Below, piece after piece: positions 62,701 to 64,000 of a DNA stretch of 64,000 nucleotides. Positions within the stretch are counted from its first letter, which is position 1, and each line of letters opens with the position of its first letter. A model generated the notes under the pieces. It was not told the DNA's origin. It searched no databases and saw only the letters and a program-made list of their open reading frames with translations. The translations under genes and the position numbers were made by a program. The DNA comes from the human T2T-CHM13v2.0 reference genome, Homo sapiens: assembly GCF_009914755.1 (NCBI RefSeq), contig NC_060938.1; one strand, written 5' to 3'.

Positions 62701-64000
62701 CTCTCTCTCTCTCTCCCTCTCTCTCTCTCTCCTCCCCTCCCCCCGCTCTCTCCCCCCTCTCTCTCCTTGAGCTACCTGGAGCTGATGGTGGTGTAGCACA
62801 AGCACCCTTGTGGCCACCATCTCTAGGACTGCACTGGATCAGGCCTGAAGCCAGCACAATATTGGGTCTTGCTCAAGTCCTGCTGTAACCACTTTCTGGC
62901 TACCATCTATGCCCGCTCCCGCTCCCGCTCCCTCTCCCTCTCCCTCTCCCTCCTTGAGCTACCTGGAGCTGGTGGTGGTGTAGCACAAGCACCCTTGTGG
63001 CCACCATCTCTAGGACTGCACTGGATCAGGCCTGAAACCAGCACAACACTGGGTCTTGCTCAAGTCCTGCTAGAACCACTTTCTGGCTACCATCTGTGTT
63101 CACTCAAAGTCCTGCAGCTCTACAATCAGCAGGTTACAAAGCCAACAGGGCCTATTTTCTTCCCGTCAGGGCAGCAAGTTCCCCCAGGCCCTAGGTGAGT
63201 CCATAGGTGCCATCCAGGAGCCAGGGACTGAAGTAAAGTCCTTAGATGTCCACCTAGTGTTCTCTTGTAGTATGGCTGAGCTTGCCCTCAAACCGCATGA
63301 CATAGTCCTTTGCACTTTTCCCTTCACATTCCAAAAGCAGAGGAGCCTAACCCCATGGCAACCACCATCTCAGGCTTATGGCGAGTACTGCCATTCTACC
63401 TCAGATATTTCCTTAAGGCCCAAAGGCTCTTCTATCAGTCTGTGGTGAATGCTGCCTGGTCTTGAACTCACCCTTCAGGGGAGTGGTATACCCTCTGGCC
63501 CAGGGCATGTCCCAGAATGTCATCCAAGAGGCAGTTCCTGGAAATCCCAAGAGCCTACTTGATGCTCAACCCCCTGTGGCCAAGTTGGTACCCGAGTTGC
63601 AAGACAAAGTCCCTTTCACTTTTCCTTCTGCTTTTCTCAAGCAGAAGGAGTTTTGCCCCATAGCCACCACAGGTGGGAATGTGCAGAATCTCACCTGATG
63701 CCAGCAAGTCTCACCATCTCACCCAAGCCCTTGATACCTGGGTATCACTGCTCATTATTCAGTGCCCAAGGGCTCTTTAGTTTGCAGTTGATGAATCCTG
63801 CCAGGACTGGATCCTTCCCTACAAGGCTGTGGGTTCCCTTCTGGTCCAGGGTGTATCTAGAAGTGTCCAGGAGCTAGGGCCTAGAACGAGGACCTCATGA
63901 CTCTGACCAGTGCCCTATCCTGCTCTGGCTGAGCTGGTATCCCAGCTCCAAGACAAAGTCGTCCTCACACTTTGTCTCCTCTCCTCAAGTGGATGGAAGT
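56797..64000 (-). mobile_element. Near full-length decayed L1MA, running off the window end
   Basis: 3'UTR at left; ORF2 remnants (IMNGEKLKALPLRSG, FSLFADDMTLY, TFSRIDHMLGHK); ORF1 region; repetitive GC-richer 5'UTR at right. Confidence 0.9.
62765..63098. repeat. 147-bp direct duplication with pyrimidine-rich spacers
   Basis: Copies at 62765-62911 and 62952-63098 differ at 7 positions; preceded by (CT)n/C-rich tracts. Confidence 0.93.

Noticed and set aside
62912-62951. Possible SVA element from CCCTCT hexamers
   Set aside because: No Alu-like, VNTR, SINE-R, poly(A) or TSD components.

Overview
Human genomic DNA, almost certainly from inside the gephyrin gene (GPHN, + strand). The only host coding sequence is one 58-nt exon (37591-37648, LGGTISAYKIVPDEIEEIK, matching GPHN exon 3 in the G domain), flanked by very large introns. 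The rest is mostly transposable elements: about 16 Alus, young and old L1s, MER41/MER4-group ERV remnants, MER9, THE1, MST and MLT LTRs, and Tigger/Charlie DNA transposons. There is also a full-length processed pseudogene of RSL24D1. Nearly all ORFs in the track are repeat-derived noise. I found no new multi-gene system. The most notable structures are: (i) a composite 720-bp insertion best explained as an L1PA2 3' transduction with twin-priming inversion; (ii) a human-specific pre-Ta L1 with almost no TSD; (iii) an inverted and deleted L1 keeping an open 368-aa RT frame just downstream of exon 3; (iv) a MER41 LTR with both tandem STAT1 GAS motifs intact; (v) a candidate in-frame 30-nt microexon; (vi) a cluster of four TGACAG motifs before exon 3; (vii) a templated 18-bp insertion copied from 1.1 kb away. 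Repeat subfamily calls are by eye from remembered consensus sequences, and boundaries of old repeats are approximate.
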